Part shown: one piece after another, positions 29,301-37,730 of the stretch | How the letters are laid out: every line of letters starts with the position of its first letter | Numbering within the stretch: the first letter of the stretch is position 1 | UHGV virus genome: UHGV-0211740 | Origin: a virus | DNA: 64,000 nt | Strand: one strand, 5' to 3' | Position numbers and translations under genes: made by a program | The notes under the pieces: model-generated | The model's input: only the letters and a program-made list of their open reading frames with translations | Databases searched by the model: none | Told to the model about the DNA's origin: nothing

Positions 29301-31967
29301 AGATCGAACATGGATGGAACATCCATATCTATGCAAGTTCCGGTAACAAACGGATACAAGCGTGTTGTGATGATCATTAAGTGCGATCTGATAGGTAAGC
29401 AAGTTCTTGCAGAGAACGGAACTTCCACCCACCTATTTGAGACTGCTCTGCACTATCAGTTTGCTGATTCCCCTTTTGCAGGGGATAAGAGAATATCTGA
29501 CACAGACGCTGTGCGATGCAAGAAATTTATGCTAGGTGGTGGGTGGTGGTGGTATGAATTTGACTTAACAGACAAATTCACCGACACGTCTAAAGTAGTG
29601 ACGGGGCTTCGTCTAGACCTTGGCGAAAACATGCACAAAAGTGTTTGTGATGGCACCTACGGTGACCCAACAATCTACTTAAAGTATGTCTCTTTTGAGC
29701 ACCCAGAGGATGTTGTTTATGGTCCAAAACTGAGACTGTTTGGCAATTGGATTGCTAAAGACAGGGTAGGTATGGGCAAGAAGGTAAGAGGTTTCTTAAT
29801 GGATGCCGGTACAGAGGACATGCTAGTTAATGCAGTGTGGCCTGAATTACCCGGAACTCAGTGGAACAACTCCGCTAAATCTATAAACTGGTTCAATATC
29901 CACAGGGCTATGTGGACAACCAACTGTTATCTGTGGAAAGAGCTGAATGACGGCGCTTTCGGGTTCACAGGTGGCAGAAGAATGGCAATCATTTGCTGGA
30001 CAACGTTGCAAAGATGTTATGAACATGACTACGAGATTGGAGGTAGGGCATGGAAAAATATTAGGGATAGAATCATAACCAACTTTGCAGATCCTAACGG
30101 TGGTGGAGCGTATGGCTTTGACTGCAGCAGGCTCATCCATTTGAACGGATCCTCTGCCTACAAGAAAGAAGGTTACTCTGGGTCTATGATAGAATGGGGC
30201 CTGGTGAAAGATGCTCGCGTGCTGATGGGTCAACAACTTGCTGCTGCAATAGGTCCTAATGCAGTGCAATCTGTTAAACCTGCGTGGTTTGATATCCCAT
30301 TGTGGTCATCCGGTACACCAGGGACCGCTGCAATCAACCCGACCACGGGGGATCTGGAAATATCTTGGGAGGACTTGAAGCAGGTTGGAGGCTGGGATAA
30401 AACAGGGTATCAGGTTCAGTGGTGGAGGGCTGACGGATCTTTAGCTGCTGATGAGTTTGTTAAGGACAACTTCTACACCATGTCCTCTGCAAAAGCACAG
30501 CAACTGTTTGGTCAGGCTACTCCGTCAACGATTACCATGTCCATGTGCTGTAAAGACAACAGGACTGGAGCTTTGGGGCCAAGGGTTGCTAAAGTTTTCT
30601 CAGGTATTAAATGGAATCTCCCTGTTCAAAGTGTTTCATGGAAGCAAATAGGTGATAACAAGCTACTAGTTACTCCTGCCTGCCAGTTCAACGCAACCCT
30701 CAACGTTGATCCGGCTGTTGCAGCAAACTCAGCTAAAGCTTCTGACTTCTCTGTGTCTAACACTGCCATGGCAGATGTGAGAAAGATTGATACACTGAAT
30801 GCCAGAATTACCTGTAAAAACACTTACGGCACATTCCAGATCATCAACAACTTCACAGATACTGATTCTAAGGTAGTGAGGACAGCAAGCCAGACTATGC
30901 AGTTGGGAACTCTGGCATACTCTGCCCTGATCACTGAACAATCTCCTACCCTTCAGGGTGGAGGTGTTGGTAAGTTGATCACAACACCTGTGTGGAAGCC
31001 AAATGAGTGGGTTGTGTTTGATTTGACTGTAGACTTCTCCAGTGACAATAACTGGACATGGGTAAGGAATTGCTTGTCACAGTTGATGGGTGGTCCAAGC
31101 TCTGTTAGTGATAGCCACGACTCTACGGACCCGAGCGTGTTCCAGGTGGGTAAAACTCATCCAGAAACTGGGGCACAGTTGCCTGACAGGAAGTATGCTT
31201 TGGTTTGCATCTCCAACGGCAAGGCAGATGTAACCTTCTCAGGGACACACGCATATAACGGCACTTACAACTTCTCTAAAAAGTACAGCCTCAAGGCAGG
31301 TAACATTGTAGATGAAGTTGGTGCGTTGTATAATCCAGGTAACGGCATAGGGATTGTGGGTGGTAAACTGCAGATGCAGGAACCTTCTATTACCCCTTCC
31401 AATGTGCCAGGGATTAGAAAGACTTGGGAAAGTAGTAATACTAACATTGCAACAGTGGATGCTACCACAGGATTGGTAACATTTAAAGCCCCTGGTAATG
31501 TCACTATAAAGTTTGTAGTTACGGATGATGCAGGCCGCAAAACGTCTTCAACATCTTTCACTGTAAGACAGATGGCACCTCAGTGGAGAATGTGGATAGG
31601 CACAGCAACAAACGGGGCATACCCTAATCCGGCAGGGACTTCTGGTATGAAGACTTTCTCTACAAGCAAGCCGATGGAGTACGGCAGCGGTCCTAAGGTA
31701 GGGCAGATGGTGTACTTTGGTGCATATATTCCTGAAATTATAGGGCTTCCGAGAAGTCAGCTTCAGTTGCTGTTTGGGGCTGGTGTTGACGATCTTGCCA
31801 CTTTCGGGTATAGCGACAACATCGAGGCTGCAAGAAGTTCAGGATGGGTAGGGTTCAGAATGGAGTCTGGAAAGGAAGGCAGGATTCTAGGGACAGCCTC
31901 TATAGGTGTTATGTTCCCTGGTGACCAGCAGTATCGTCTGGGAGCCTACGCAACTTTCTCTCTTTAG
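26334..31967 (+). CDS. giant virion protein (1877 aa) with C-terminal Big_2-like Ig domain
   Basis: Single uninterrupted ORF; segment IRKTWESSNTNIATVDATTGLVTFKAPGNVTIKFVVTDDAGRKTSSTSFTV matches Big_2 pattern. Confidence 0.6.
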   Translation: MLPIPLLKLGRHFLDKRGGVKELAVLSYPIDNSDGTSTTVAYVNSLAILFDNGQLNITGYNRFGECRTGDLDTINYPNEAAWNVDHVWRADRAFVIRTFDNQFFYIGCTAGLIGSDAAGGNDVCVREWTPLPEQIVKGLHLDTHPERLVEVMGGINNTVWVMAEAEGTGILHLYGSGNNTYGSLHVDKNQHATPVKIGETSENPETGPWKNPSINCEVHDNSVIFGGPRGFWIAGYDFLRNNSRNDLVWPPAQITRDDLRGIPADEEWKGFMCGPNGAVVVTQRMHRPDDQQLVNVFYGQNIWGDDTWRSLNLTYTHEVIMARGYGTSGIFFNNGTKQYRGFSRNLCNDIGAQSANNSPRDNFIHYQALATAKYVEQRLPVSWTESVYFQGIHREGFLGTFTVVNGKLWWSGIPRGSFAGSNNLFGGRLNSQGFTEVPENWYKNVPVDSWDIEDIFDVNGVSSVSNIYIGDTVKMKLKPQPEGATFIIDKIELVNAAGTVVTDANYQFSTNWNHGGANEVIVTQYNRNVNRRGLYSVKITYHDKHGTGRTHTTRTLNWNTIVPAYPSNGKWHTVGRNKQFHVNDTVYFGLNGTQPAVEGDTSYMVRLHRMDAGSVTYDVTQEIYDQRRNTYNNLVQTQALWEFNPNGRGGKMLQVNEQNGTSLTVHEHSDPWPDPGKPHPGARTLKIVSHDVGYFGIRWEATVRYADGTTNNIGITLGGTSEDNSLKIAYTPRGISIDNMDVVRNGYGDVNIKVTLGEHLGGERIIMYAFDHDPRTNGTYANQAWSYLISAPEPNTKEFYYGMKRDVCKKTGTHDWIAICVKDERTAWDEPVNRWFIGIPTRSDKYVEEYIVCMGGTNLNMCWNEDANKYSDYDYMRDYSCNQWFNQTGYANRQSRVNPAIFTDTQVFLTKQANEVQTFKNNYDPNKWFYNCYGAFFWGPGELPGGGSCFEAATYASDRFMGQVKKYKIIPGPETLGNAVDPYIIMSDLRSNMDGTSISMQVPVTNGYKRVVMIIKCDLIGKQVLAENGTSTHLFETALHYQFADSPFAGDKRISDTDAVRCKKFMLGGGWWWYEFDLTDKFTDTSKVVTGLRLDLGENMHKSVCDGTYGDPTIYLKYVSFEHPEDVVYGPKLRLFGNWIAKDRVGMGKKVRGFLMDAGTEDMLVNAVWPELPGTQWNNSAKSINWFNIHRAMWTTNCYLWKELNDGAFGFTGGRRMAIICWTTLQRCYEHDYEIGGRAWKNIRDRIITNFADPNGGGAYGFDCSRLIHLNGSSAYKKEGYSGSMIEWGLVKDARVLMGQQLAAAIGPNAVQSVKPAWFDIPLWSSGTPGTAAINPTTGDLEISWEDLKQVGGWDKTGYQVQWWRADGSLAADEFVKDNFYTMSSAKAQQLFGQATPSTITMSMCCKDNRTGALGPRVAKVFSGIKWNLPVQSVSWKQIGDNKLLVTPACQFNATLNVDPAVAANSAKASDFSVSNTAMADVRKIDTLNARITCKNTYGTFQIINNFTDTDSKVVRTASQTMQLGTLAYSALITEQSPTLQGGGVGKLITTPVWKPNEWVVFDLTVDFSSDNNWTWVRNCLSQLMGGPSSVSDSHDSTDPSVFQVGKTHPETGAQLPDRKYALVCISNGKADVTFSGTHAYNGTYNFSKKYSLKAGNIVDEVGALYNPGNGIGIVGGKLQMQEPSITPSNVPGIRKTWESSNTNIATVDATTGLVTFKAPGNVTIKFVVTDDAGRKTSSTSFTVRQMAPQWRMWIGTATNGAYPNPAGTSGMKTFSTSKPMEYGSGPKVGQMVYFGAYIPEIIGLPRSQLQLLFGAGVDDLATFGYSDNIEAARSSGWVGFRMESGKEGRILGTASIGVMFPGDQQYRLGAYATFSL

Positions 31968-31980
31968 CAAGCAGTAAATA

Positions 31981-32010
31981 AAAAAGGGGCCGTTTGGCCC
32001 CTTTCTTTTT
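31981..32010. terminator. bidirectional terminator between convergent gene blocks
   Basis: AAAAA-GGGGCC-GTTT-GGCCCC-TTTCTTTTT between + gene ending 31967 and - gene ending 32015. Confidence 0.65.
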
Positions 32011-32014
32011 ATAG

Positions 32015-32215
32015 TTAGTAATACTCCCAACATGCCCCATCTTCAGACGGCTTGACTCGCTTACCCTTGTGGTCCACATAGGTGTAACCGCAACCTTCAC
32101 AAATAACAGGTGCTGCATAACCTTCTTTCCACTGATCCTCAGTGATCAGACCTTCCAAATCTTTGCAGTCAAAGCCAAACAACTCTTCAGAACAATTTTT
32201 GCAAAAATCAGCCAT
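32015..32215 (-). CDS. small zinc-ribbon protein (CxxC...CxxC)
   Basis: ORF track; GAGGA RBS; four-cysteine pattern. Confidence 0.5.
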   Translation of the reverse strand: MADFCKNCSEELFGFDCKDLEGLITEDQWKEGYAAPVICEGCGYTYVDHKGKRVKPSEDGACWEYY

Positions 32216-32218
32216 TTC

Positions 32219-32626
32219 TCAGTCCTCGCATTTAACAAATTTTTCTACAGATCCACCAAGCACAGCTTGTTGTTTGATGGCACTTTCTTCATCATAGTGG
32301 ATAGACTTATGTTCCGTACCTCCGAACTTACCTGTGTGGAAGGTGTGCACCCAAATCTCTTTGGGAAGGGATTTATTCTCTTCTTCCACCAATTCCCACA
32401 TACCCCACAAGTGATCTGTGATATCTTTGATGAAATATCCCTCGCCGAGGTTTGTATTCACACTATAGGCCGATTCGTGATCTCCGTGAATATAACGGAA
32501 GGCAGTATACTCTTTCCCTGGCGTGAAGTGGGTATCCATCAGTATGGCTGTTAAAGAATTAGGGTCTCGAAATCCCAAGAACTTTAGTTTAACAATTTCG
32601 ACGTTTACACTTGCAAGATTCTCCAT
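32219..32626 (-). CDS. hypothetical protein with metallophosphoesterase-like motifs (MDTH, GDHE)
   Basis: ORF track; GAGGAG RBS; motif assignment weak. Confidence 0.4.
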   Translation of the reverse strand: MENLASVNVEIVKLKFLGFRDPNSLTAILMDTHFTPGKEYTAFRYIHGDHESAYSVNTNLGEGYFIKDITDHLWGMWELVEEENKSLPKEIWVHTFHTGKFGGTEHKSIHYDEESAIKQQAVLGGSVEKFVKCED

Positions 32627-32656
32627 GACAGTCTCCTCTGTTTGGTAGGTGAGAGA

Positions 32657-32685
32657 ATCATATACAAACCCGGTGTCGGTGTCAA
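32657..32685 (-). promoter_or_regulatory. sigma70-like promoter on minus strand, TTGACA-17-TATGAT
   Basis: Reverse complement read directly upstream of the 32219..32626 gene. Confidence 0.5.
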
Positions 32686-32762
32686 GCTTAATTTTAAGGG
32701 ATCTGAGAGGGTATTTTATTCAGGAAGGTAATCACACAGGGTGGGGCAATTTATGAAGGCAC

Positions 32763-32780
32763 AGGCCTCGTTTGAGGCCT
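32763..32780. promoter_or_regulatory. intergenic hairpin AGGCCTC-GTTT-GAGGCCT
   Basis: 7-bp stem just downstream of the 32790..33170 stop; T-rich on the plus-strand side only. Confidence 0.3.
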
Positions 32781-32789
32781 TAAATTTTA

Positions 32790-33170
32790 TTATGGCACCT
32801 TGACATAGCGCTCTGACAAAGCTGGGAAGCCAAAAGTGGTGCCTATACTGCCGTACGCTATCCACCATTGAAGTTCATCGTGACACCATTTTCCGATCAG
32901 AAAGGTGCTGGGGTATCGGGTCAGTATTTTGGCATAATCTTTAGGATCTGCACCTTCTGGGATAATGATGCTTGGAACATCTTTGTTATGACCGCAGCAG
33001 CAGTTTAGCGTTTTCAAACCTGCTGCCCACAAGCTCATGATAGGCTTAGCCATACACTTATCAAGGCACACACGTTTTTTGCCGTCACGAAGATTTTTAG
33101 GCACATCAACGATAACATTTGGGCGCTTGGCACCTTTCACTTTCCAATTGTAGGATTTACACTTACACAT
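32790..33170 (-). CDS. cysteine-rich hypothetical protein
   Basis: ORF track; GGAG RBS. Confidence 0.5.
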   Translation of the reverse strand: MCKCKSYNWKVKGAKRPNVIVDVPKNLRDGKKRVCLDKCMAKPIMSLWAAGLKTLNCCCGHNKDVPSIIIPEGADPKDYAKILTRYPSTFLIGKWCHDELQWWIAYGSIGTTFGFPALSERYVKVP

Positions 33171-33220
33171 TTCATTAGTCTCCGTCTAGAAAGCCGCACT
33201 ATATGTTTTTGAGGTATATT

Positions 33221-33391
33221 TTACTTAAAGTCTTTATCACCTGCCACGATTGCATGAATCCACTCGTTGTGATGCTTAATGGCGGTGAGGTGTAGCATAA
33301 TGTAGTGATTGTCATTACCAAGCATGGTGAGATAAGCTTTAGCAGCACCATGATATAACTTCCACATTAAGTAATGATACCTTCGTTTCAT
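33221..33391 (-). CDS. small ORF (56 aa), hypothetical
   Basis: Not in ORF track (below 60 aa); ATG overlaps stop of upstream HAD gene (ATGA); fills an otherwise empty 217-nt gap. Confidence 0.3.
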   Translation of the reverse strand: MKRRYHYLMWKLYHGAAKAYLTMLGNDNHYIMLHLTAIKHHNEWIHAIVAGDKDFK

Positions 33392-33867
33392 GGCTCTTTC
33401 TCCGGTTCAGGATCTGGGTAATCTTCAATAATAAAAGGCCATCCATTACGCTTTGCGTCAGACTTATACTTAATCTCCTTCATTGCGAACTCTAACTGAT
33501 TTTTAGCAGGAATGCAAGCCGGAGAATCATCCACCCAGATGTCAGGGTAGATATCGAACTGTGCCAAGTAGGCTGCCTTTTGTACACCGCCTGTGTAGAA
33601 CACACCTACATCCAACTCCTTGCGCCAATACTCAATGTCCACGTTGTCTTGAGTGATGAACCGAGAAGTCACAAGGTATACTGTCCACCCTTCCTTTTTC
33701 AAGTCCTTAATCAGGCGGGAGAAGATGAAAGGACTCGCATTAAACGTTCCATCAAAGTCAATGGCAATGATGTGTGTGCCGTGGCGAGTCTCATATGGAT
33801 TGCTCGTGGTGAGATTGCTGTAGTTAAAAGGGACCTCTTCCCCGCAGTAGCTGTAGTCCATATTCAC
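33388..33867 (-). CDS. HAD-superfamily phosphatase / nucleotidase-like
   Basis: Motif I IAIDFDGTF and motif IV WVDDSP. Confidence 0.6.
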   Translation of the reverse strand: MNMDYSYCGEEVPFNYSNLTTSNPYETRHGTHIIAIDFDGTFNASPFIFSRLIKDLKKEGWTVYLVTSRFITQDNVDIEYWRKELDVGVFYTGGVQKAAYLAQFDIYPDIWVDDSPACIPAKNQLEFAMKEIKYKSDAKRNGWPFIIEDYPDPEPEKEP

Positions 33868-34193
33868 ACCTTCTCGTTGATAAATTTACGGGCGGTTTGG
33901 TGAGTTGTTTCTGCTGTCTTCAGGATGATATTAATTTTATCGTCAAGATCATTCATCTCAGCAGTTAATTCAGGAATCTCTCCGGCATGCATGGTGAAAT
34001 CATACATAGACATACCCAGGATCTCGTTGATTCGGCGGTTGCATTCTGCAGCACGCTGGTTCATTTTCCAGGCTAACACTAAAGCCTCTTGTGTAGCCTC
34101 CAGTGCAAAGTCTAATACGTCAGCTTCTTCTTTCGTCATCTCAGTCTCTCTTGTTGTATTTGTTGGTAGGTGCATGAACACCTTATATCTCAC
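33864..34193 (-). CDS. hypothetical protein
   Basis: ORF track; true start may be the internal ATG at 34139. Confidence 0.4.
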   Translation of the reverse strand: MRYKVFMHLPTNTTRETEMTKEEADVLDFALEATQEALVLAWKMNQRAAECNRRINEILGMSMYDFTMHAGEIPELTAEMNDLDDKINIILKTAETTHQTARKFINEKV

Positions 34194-34195
34194 TT

Positions 34196-34768
34196 TTATT
34201 CAAACTGCAATAGCAAGTCCACCACCGCACTAGGCCTGTCAACAAATTCCCCAGGTCCACATGCCCATAGAGGGTATCCGTCAACATACCTCCATATCCA
34301 ACCTGCAGTGTGGAGCTCAAGCAGGGCAGTGCCGTCCTTACTGTCAACCACTCTTTCCCACAGTGTTGGGCAGCGAAGCTTGAGAATCGGGTCCCCGCCC
34401 TTATACCCGTCCATGTAGATACCCATTGCAAAGTTCAGCATCATCTTTTTGTGCATAGATCTTTTACTGAGGGTGCTCATCACTTCCTCTTTGTGAATGC
34501 TTGTAAGCTTCTCCTTAGCTATCCGTAGATCGTTGCAACCATTGTTCAGCAGATCTTCCAGGCACTTGATCCGAAGGTCGTGAATGTCTTTGTCGTGTAC
34601 CGTTGGCACAGGGTCGTAGCGATATAGCACTGTTGATACAAGGTTGCTAGGGTGTGGGTCTGATAGCAACCCATACCCCCAGTACTCTTCTGTATCTGAA
34701 AGGACAAGACACCCAATGTCTCTGTCAAGCTTTCCTGTGTTGTAAGCCACATTGACCGCCATGATCAT
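34196..34768 (-). CDS. hypothetical protein
   Basis: ORF track; overlaps neighbours by 4 nt. Confidence 0.5.
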   Translation of the reverse strand: MIMAVNVAYNTGKLDRDIGCLVLSDTEEYWGYGLLSDPHPSNLVSTVLYRYDPVPTVHDKDIHDLRIKCLEDLLNNGCNDLRIAKEKLTSIHKEEVMSTLSKRSMHKKMMLNFAMGIYMDGYKGGDPILKLRCPTLWERVVDSKDGTALLELHTAGWIWRYVDGYPLWACGPGEFVDRPSAVVDLLLQFE

Positions 34769-35010
34769 AACTCCACTAGCAAAGTACTTTCAAAATGCCT
34801 CTCATGTAGACCATTATAAGGAACCACTTCCACAACACCATCACGGATATATGGAGTCATCATAGTGATATAATCCCCGAACGGGTTGGTATTATCACTA
34901 ACCACAACAACATGCTGCCCTTCCTTGGCAGAGTGCCAGATAGATCTGCACTTCATCATGTGCTCTAGGGCACCTGGTAAAATTTTGTTACGTTCTTTAC
35001 GAGTTTTCAT
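34765..35010 (-). CDS. hypothetical protein
   Basis: ORF track; operon context. Confidence 0.45.
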   Translation of the reverse strand: MKTRKERNKILPGALEHMMKCRSIWHSAKEGQHVVVVSDNTNPFGDYITMMTPYIRDGVVEVVPYNGLHERHFESTLLVEL

Positions 35011-35453
35011 AATAGAAATAGCTCCTTATGAAAATGGGCTTTCAATTTCTCACCAAGAAACTTCTTAATGCCTTCTTCAAGGGTGTTCTCGATGTAGTCC
35101 AACTTAACCGCTTCGATGGACATATCATAGATCGCCAGCTCTAAGCTGTCAAGCCCCATCATAGCATGAACCATAAGATTTTCATCTTCAGATACGTTCA
35201 GTGGGCTACCTATAACATCTGTAGGTAGAATAGTCTCCCAGTTATTCTGGGAGGTTCTATCACCATCCACTTTACGGCGGAGCTCGAAGGTATTCTTAGT
35301 GTAAAACACTTCATAAGAAACGATACGGCTGTCGCTCTCGTAATAAACGAAGTTCAGGTAGGAGCCGAGCCGCAGACGGCAAACTTCTACCCCAAACCAT
35401 TGTTTCTTATAGGAATTCAGGCTAATGCTGTCGCATTCACGTTTGCTCAACAC
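35007..35453 (-). CDS. hypothetical protein
   Basis: ORF track; operon context. Confidence 0.5.
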   Translation of the reverse strand: MLSKRECDSISLNSYKKQWFGVEVCRLRLGSYLNFVYYESDSRIVSYEVFYTKNTFELRRKVDGDRTSQNNWETILPTDVIGSPLNVSEDENLMVHAMMGLDSLELAIYDMSIEAVKLDYIENTLEEGIKKFLGEKLKAHFHKELFLL

Positions 35454-35469
35454 GGCTCTCTCCTTTTTG

Positions 35470-35703
35470 TTAATCTTCGTAAATAAGGATTTCTGCTTTA
35501 GGTTTTCGTGCTTTCAGGTCCAGCTCTATCCAGTGTACCATAGCTGTTTCAAGAAAAACAGCCTGGATACATCCGTCCTCAGCGTGACCAACCAGCATAA
35601 CAAGATCTTCAACTTCATCATCTGCATCACGAACATACAGAATCTCTCCAGATTCAAAGTCTTTCACAACCTGATTGTTGGATAATTTACGAATTTTTGC
35701 CAT
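35470..35703 (-). CDS. hypothetical small protein
   Basis: ORF track 35470..35754; internal ATG at 35703 has GGAGGG RBS and avoids overlap with next gene. Confidence 0.45.
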   Translation of the reverse strand: MAKIRKLSNNQVVKDFESGEILYVRDADDEVEDLVMLVGHAEDGCIQAVFLETAMVHWIELDLKARKPKAEILIYED

Positions 35704-35704
35704 A

Positions 35705-35968
35705 TTAGAAGCCCTCCAGGAAGCTTTTATAGAGGATGATTTCAGTGTCAACACCTGTTACAATCTTATCGTTGCGGATCTCGTCGGTAAGATAGGTGTC
35801 GAAACGCAGCACCTGTGTGGTATTGTCACACATCCACTCTGAGGTAACCATAGCGAAGATTTTGGTGTCTTCGTTGTCTGGTGTGAATGTTACAACTTCA
35901 CCACCCTTAAATTTTTCAATAGGTTGTGTGTTGGCTTTCGGTTCTGCTACAGTGATTTTCGTGGTCAT
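35705..35968 (-). CDS. hypothetical small protein
   Basis: ORF track; operon context. Confidence 0.45.
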   Translation of the reverse strand: MTTKITVAEPKANTQPIEKFKGGEVVTFTPDNEDTKIFAMVTSEWMCDNTTQVLRFDTYLTDEIRNDKIVTGVDTEIILYKSFLEGF

Positions 35969-36225
35969 TACTCTTCCTCCGTAGTTTCACCAAATACCTC
36001 GATACGAGCATCAAGCTCAGTTACTTTCAGCTCTCCAACAAAATCTTTCAGTTCTTTCTCGTCCAGATCGTAAGCCCATACACAAGAAGAGCATGCAGAT
36101 TTCACAATCAGTAGAGTAGATACACGGCCTGACTCTGTAATCATGCTCACAATGGTTCCAACAGGGAACGTGTTGATGGCCTTTTTAACTGGACGTTCAG
36201 TTTTAATTACTACCTCTGTTGCCAT
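35968..36225 (-). CDS. hypothetical small protein
   Basis: ORF track; operon context. Confidence 0.45.
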   Translation of the reverse strand: MATEVVIKTERPVKKAINTFPVGTIVSMITESGRVSTLLIVKSACSSCVWAYDLDEKELKDFVGELKVTELDARIEVFGETTEEE

Positions 36226-36236
36226 AAAATCCTCTC

Positions 36237-37697
36237 TTACTTAGCATACTCGATTAACTCTACAGTTTTCCCAAAGCTTGGGATATAATTTTTATTATAC
36301 CCCTCTGTGAGAACCCACAAAGTATCGTACTTTTTCCACTTGTTGTCAACAGCCTTTTGTTCAAAGTTATGCTCAAAGTATAGGTCGGTCAGGACGATGA
36401 CATCTTTTGCATTTGGTATGTTGGCATCCAGATACTCGAACACGCAAGCGGCTGTTGTGCCCCATGTTGAGTGGACCCCATAATTAATCATCTCGTCGAT
36501 GTTGCCACGAGTGTATACTTTGACCTCTCCAACCTCAGTTGACCAACAGAACATCGTAACCTTAAACTCTTTATACAGATTGCACAATCCAGTGATCTCA
36601 TTGAACATTTTCTTTAAAGTTCTTTGAGAGATCGAGCCAGAAACGTCTAAAGCCACCACAATATCTATCGTGTTTTCCGGATTACGCCCAGGAACAATAA
36701 CGTGCTGATTCTTGTTTATAGCTCCAACTTTCCGCATTGTGCTGGTCAAAGATCCGGATCGGCGACCAGGCTTTCTGTAGGTCAGTTCAGCCTTTCGTTT
36801 AGACAACATACGTTGCTTAATGATGTCTATATAGTTGATTACAGGCTTACCTCTATTCTTGACAAACTCTCGCACAGCCTCAGGGCAACGACCTCCGGAA
36901 GCTTGCATTGCTGCCTCCAGCATGTCACCAGAGTCCTGCATGGCCTGATCTTTATCAGATTGGCTAATTACAGGTTGTGGCTGATCATACCCCATAGCCT
37001 TTCCGAGATCATCACTGGCCCCACCGTTTCCACTCATGTGATCATCGGTTTGTCGCTTATCTCCTTGAGGGTTCTCACCTTTGCCATTCTTACTTTTACT
37101 GTTATTCTGGTCTCTTTGCTTGTCAAGAACTGCATAGACGTTCTCAGCAATCCATCCATGAAACCTCATATCACAGTAGCAACTGGCTAAGAAGCCAAAA
37201 GGCTTACCTTTTACGAAGGTAGTGCTTTTCCCCTTCGGGAAGAAAACACAAGGTGGCTTGCTAAAGTCAACCACAAGACCTGTATTGATAACGTGATCAC
37301 AAGCAATATTGAACAGTTCCGGTTCAAAGCTTTTACCACGGACCAGATGATCACAGATAATATGTCCAACCTCATGCGACAGAAGAAAGGCCACCTCTTT
37401 CACAGATTTTGGGGAATAGAAAACCTCAGCCATCTCAAACTGCTCGTCAGTAAGAGAGGCTTTAAGAATAGCCCTGCGCTCATCAGCCAACCCCATAATG
37501 AACTCAGGGCTGTAATAGATGCGTTTATGGTCGGTTGCCATGGTGGAGCACCATGTGTGGTTTTCTACGAACTGCAACCCTGACAACAGTGTGCCATAAA
37601 ACGGCAGCTTTTCAAGGAGATACATACGTGCAGCCTGCAACATTCTCAGGGCATCATCTTTTTGCGAGGCAATGATTTCTGAACTTCTGCTATCCAT
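36237..37697 (-). CDS. putative metallopeptidase (HExxH) fused to von Willebrand factor A domain
   Basis: N-terminal LSHEVGHIICDH; C-terminal DIVVALDVSGSIS (MIDAS DxSxS); GGAG RBS. Confidence 0.6.
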   Translation of the reverse strand: MDSRSSEIIASQKDDALRMLQAARMYLLEKLPFYGTLLSGLQFVENHTWCSTMATDHKRIYYSPEFIMGLADERRAILKASLTDEQFEMAEVFYSPKSVKEVAFLLSHEVGHIICDHLVRGKSFEPELFNIACDHVINTGLVVDFSKPPCVFFPKGKSTTFVKGKPFGFLASCYCDMRFHGWIAENVYAVLDKQRDQNNSKSKNGKGENPQGDKRQTDDHMSGNGGASDDLGKAMGYDQPQPVISQSDKDQAMQDSGDMLEAAMQASGGRCPEAVREFVKNRGKPVINYIDIIKQRMLSKRKAELTYRKPGRRSGSLTSTMRKVGAINKNQHVIVPGRNPENTIDIVVALDVSGSISQRTLKKMFNEITGLCNLYKEFKVTMFCWSTEVGEVKVYTRGNIDEMINYGVHSTWGTTAACVFEYLDANIPNAKDVIVLTDLYFEHNFEQKAVDNKWKKYDTLWVLTEGYNKNYIPSFGKTVELIEYAK

Positions 37698-37710
37698 TAA
37701 AACTCCAGAA

Positions 37711-37725
37711 GGGGCCGTTGGCCCC
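37711..37725 (-). promoter_or_regulatory. intergenic hairpin GGGGCC-GTT-GGCCCC
   Basis: Between the stop of 37731..38717 and the start of 36237..37697; same motif family as the 31986 and 7130 hairpins. Confidence 0.35.
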
Positions 37726-37730
37726 TGTCA

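Noticed and set aside
26469-29656. Several 60-200-aa minus-strand ORFs inside the 1877-aa gene
   Set aside because: All antisense to one long uninterrupted ORF; no RBSs; expected by chance in 5.6 kb.
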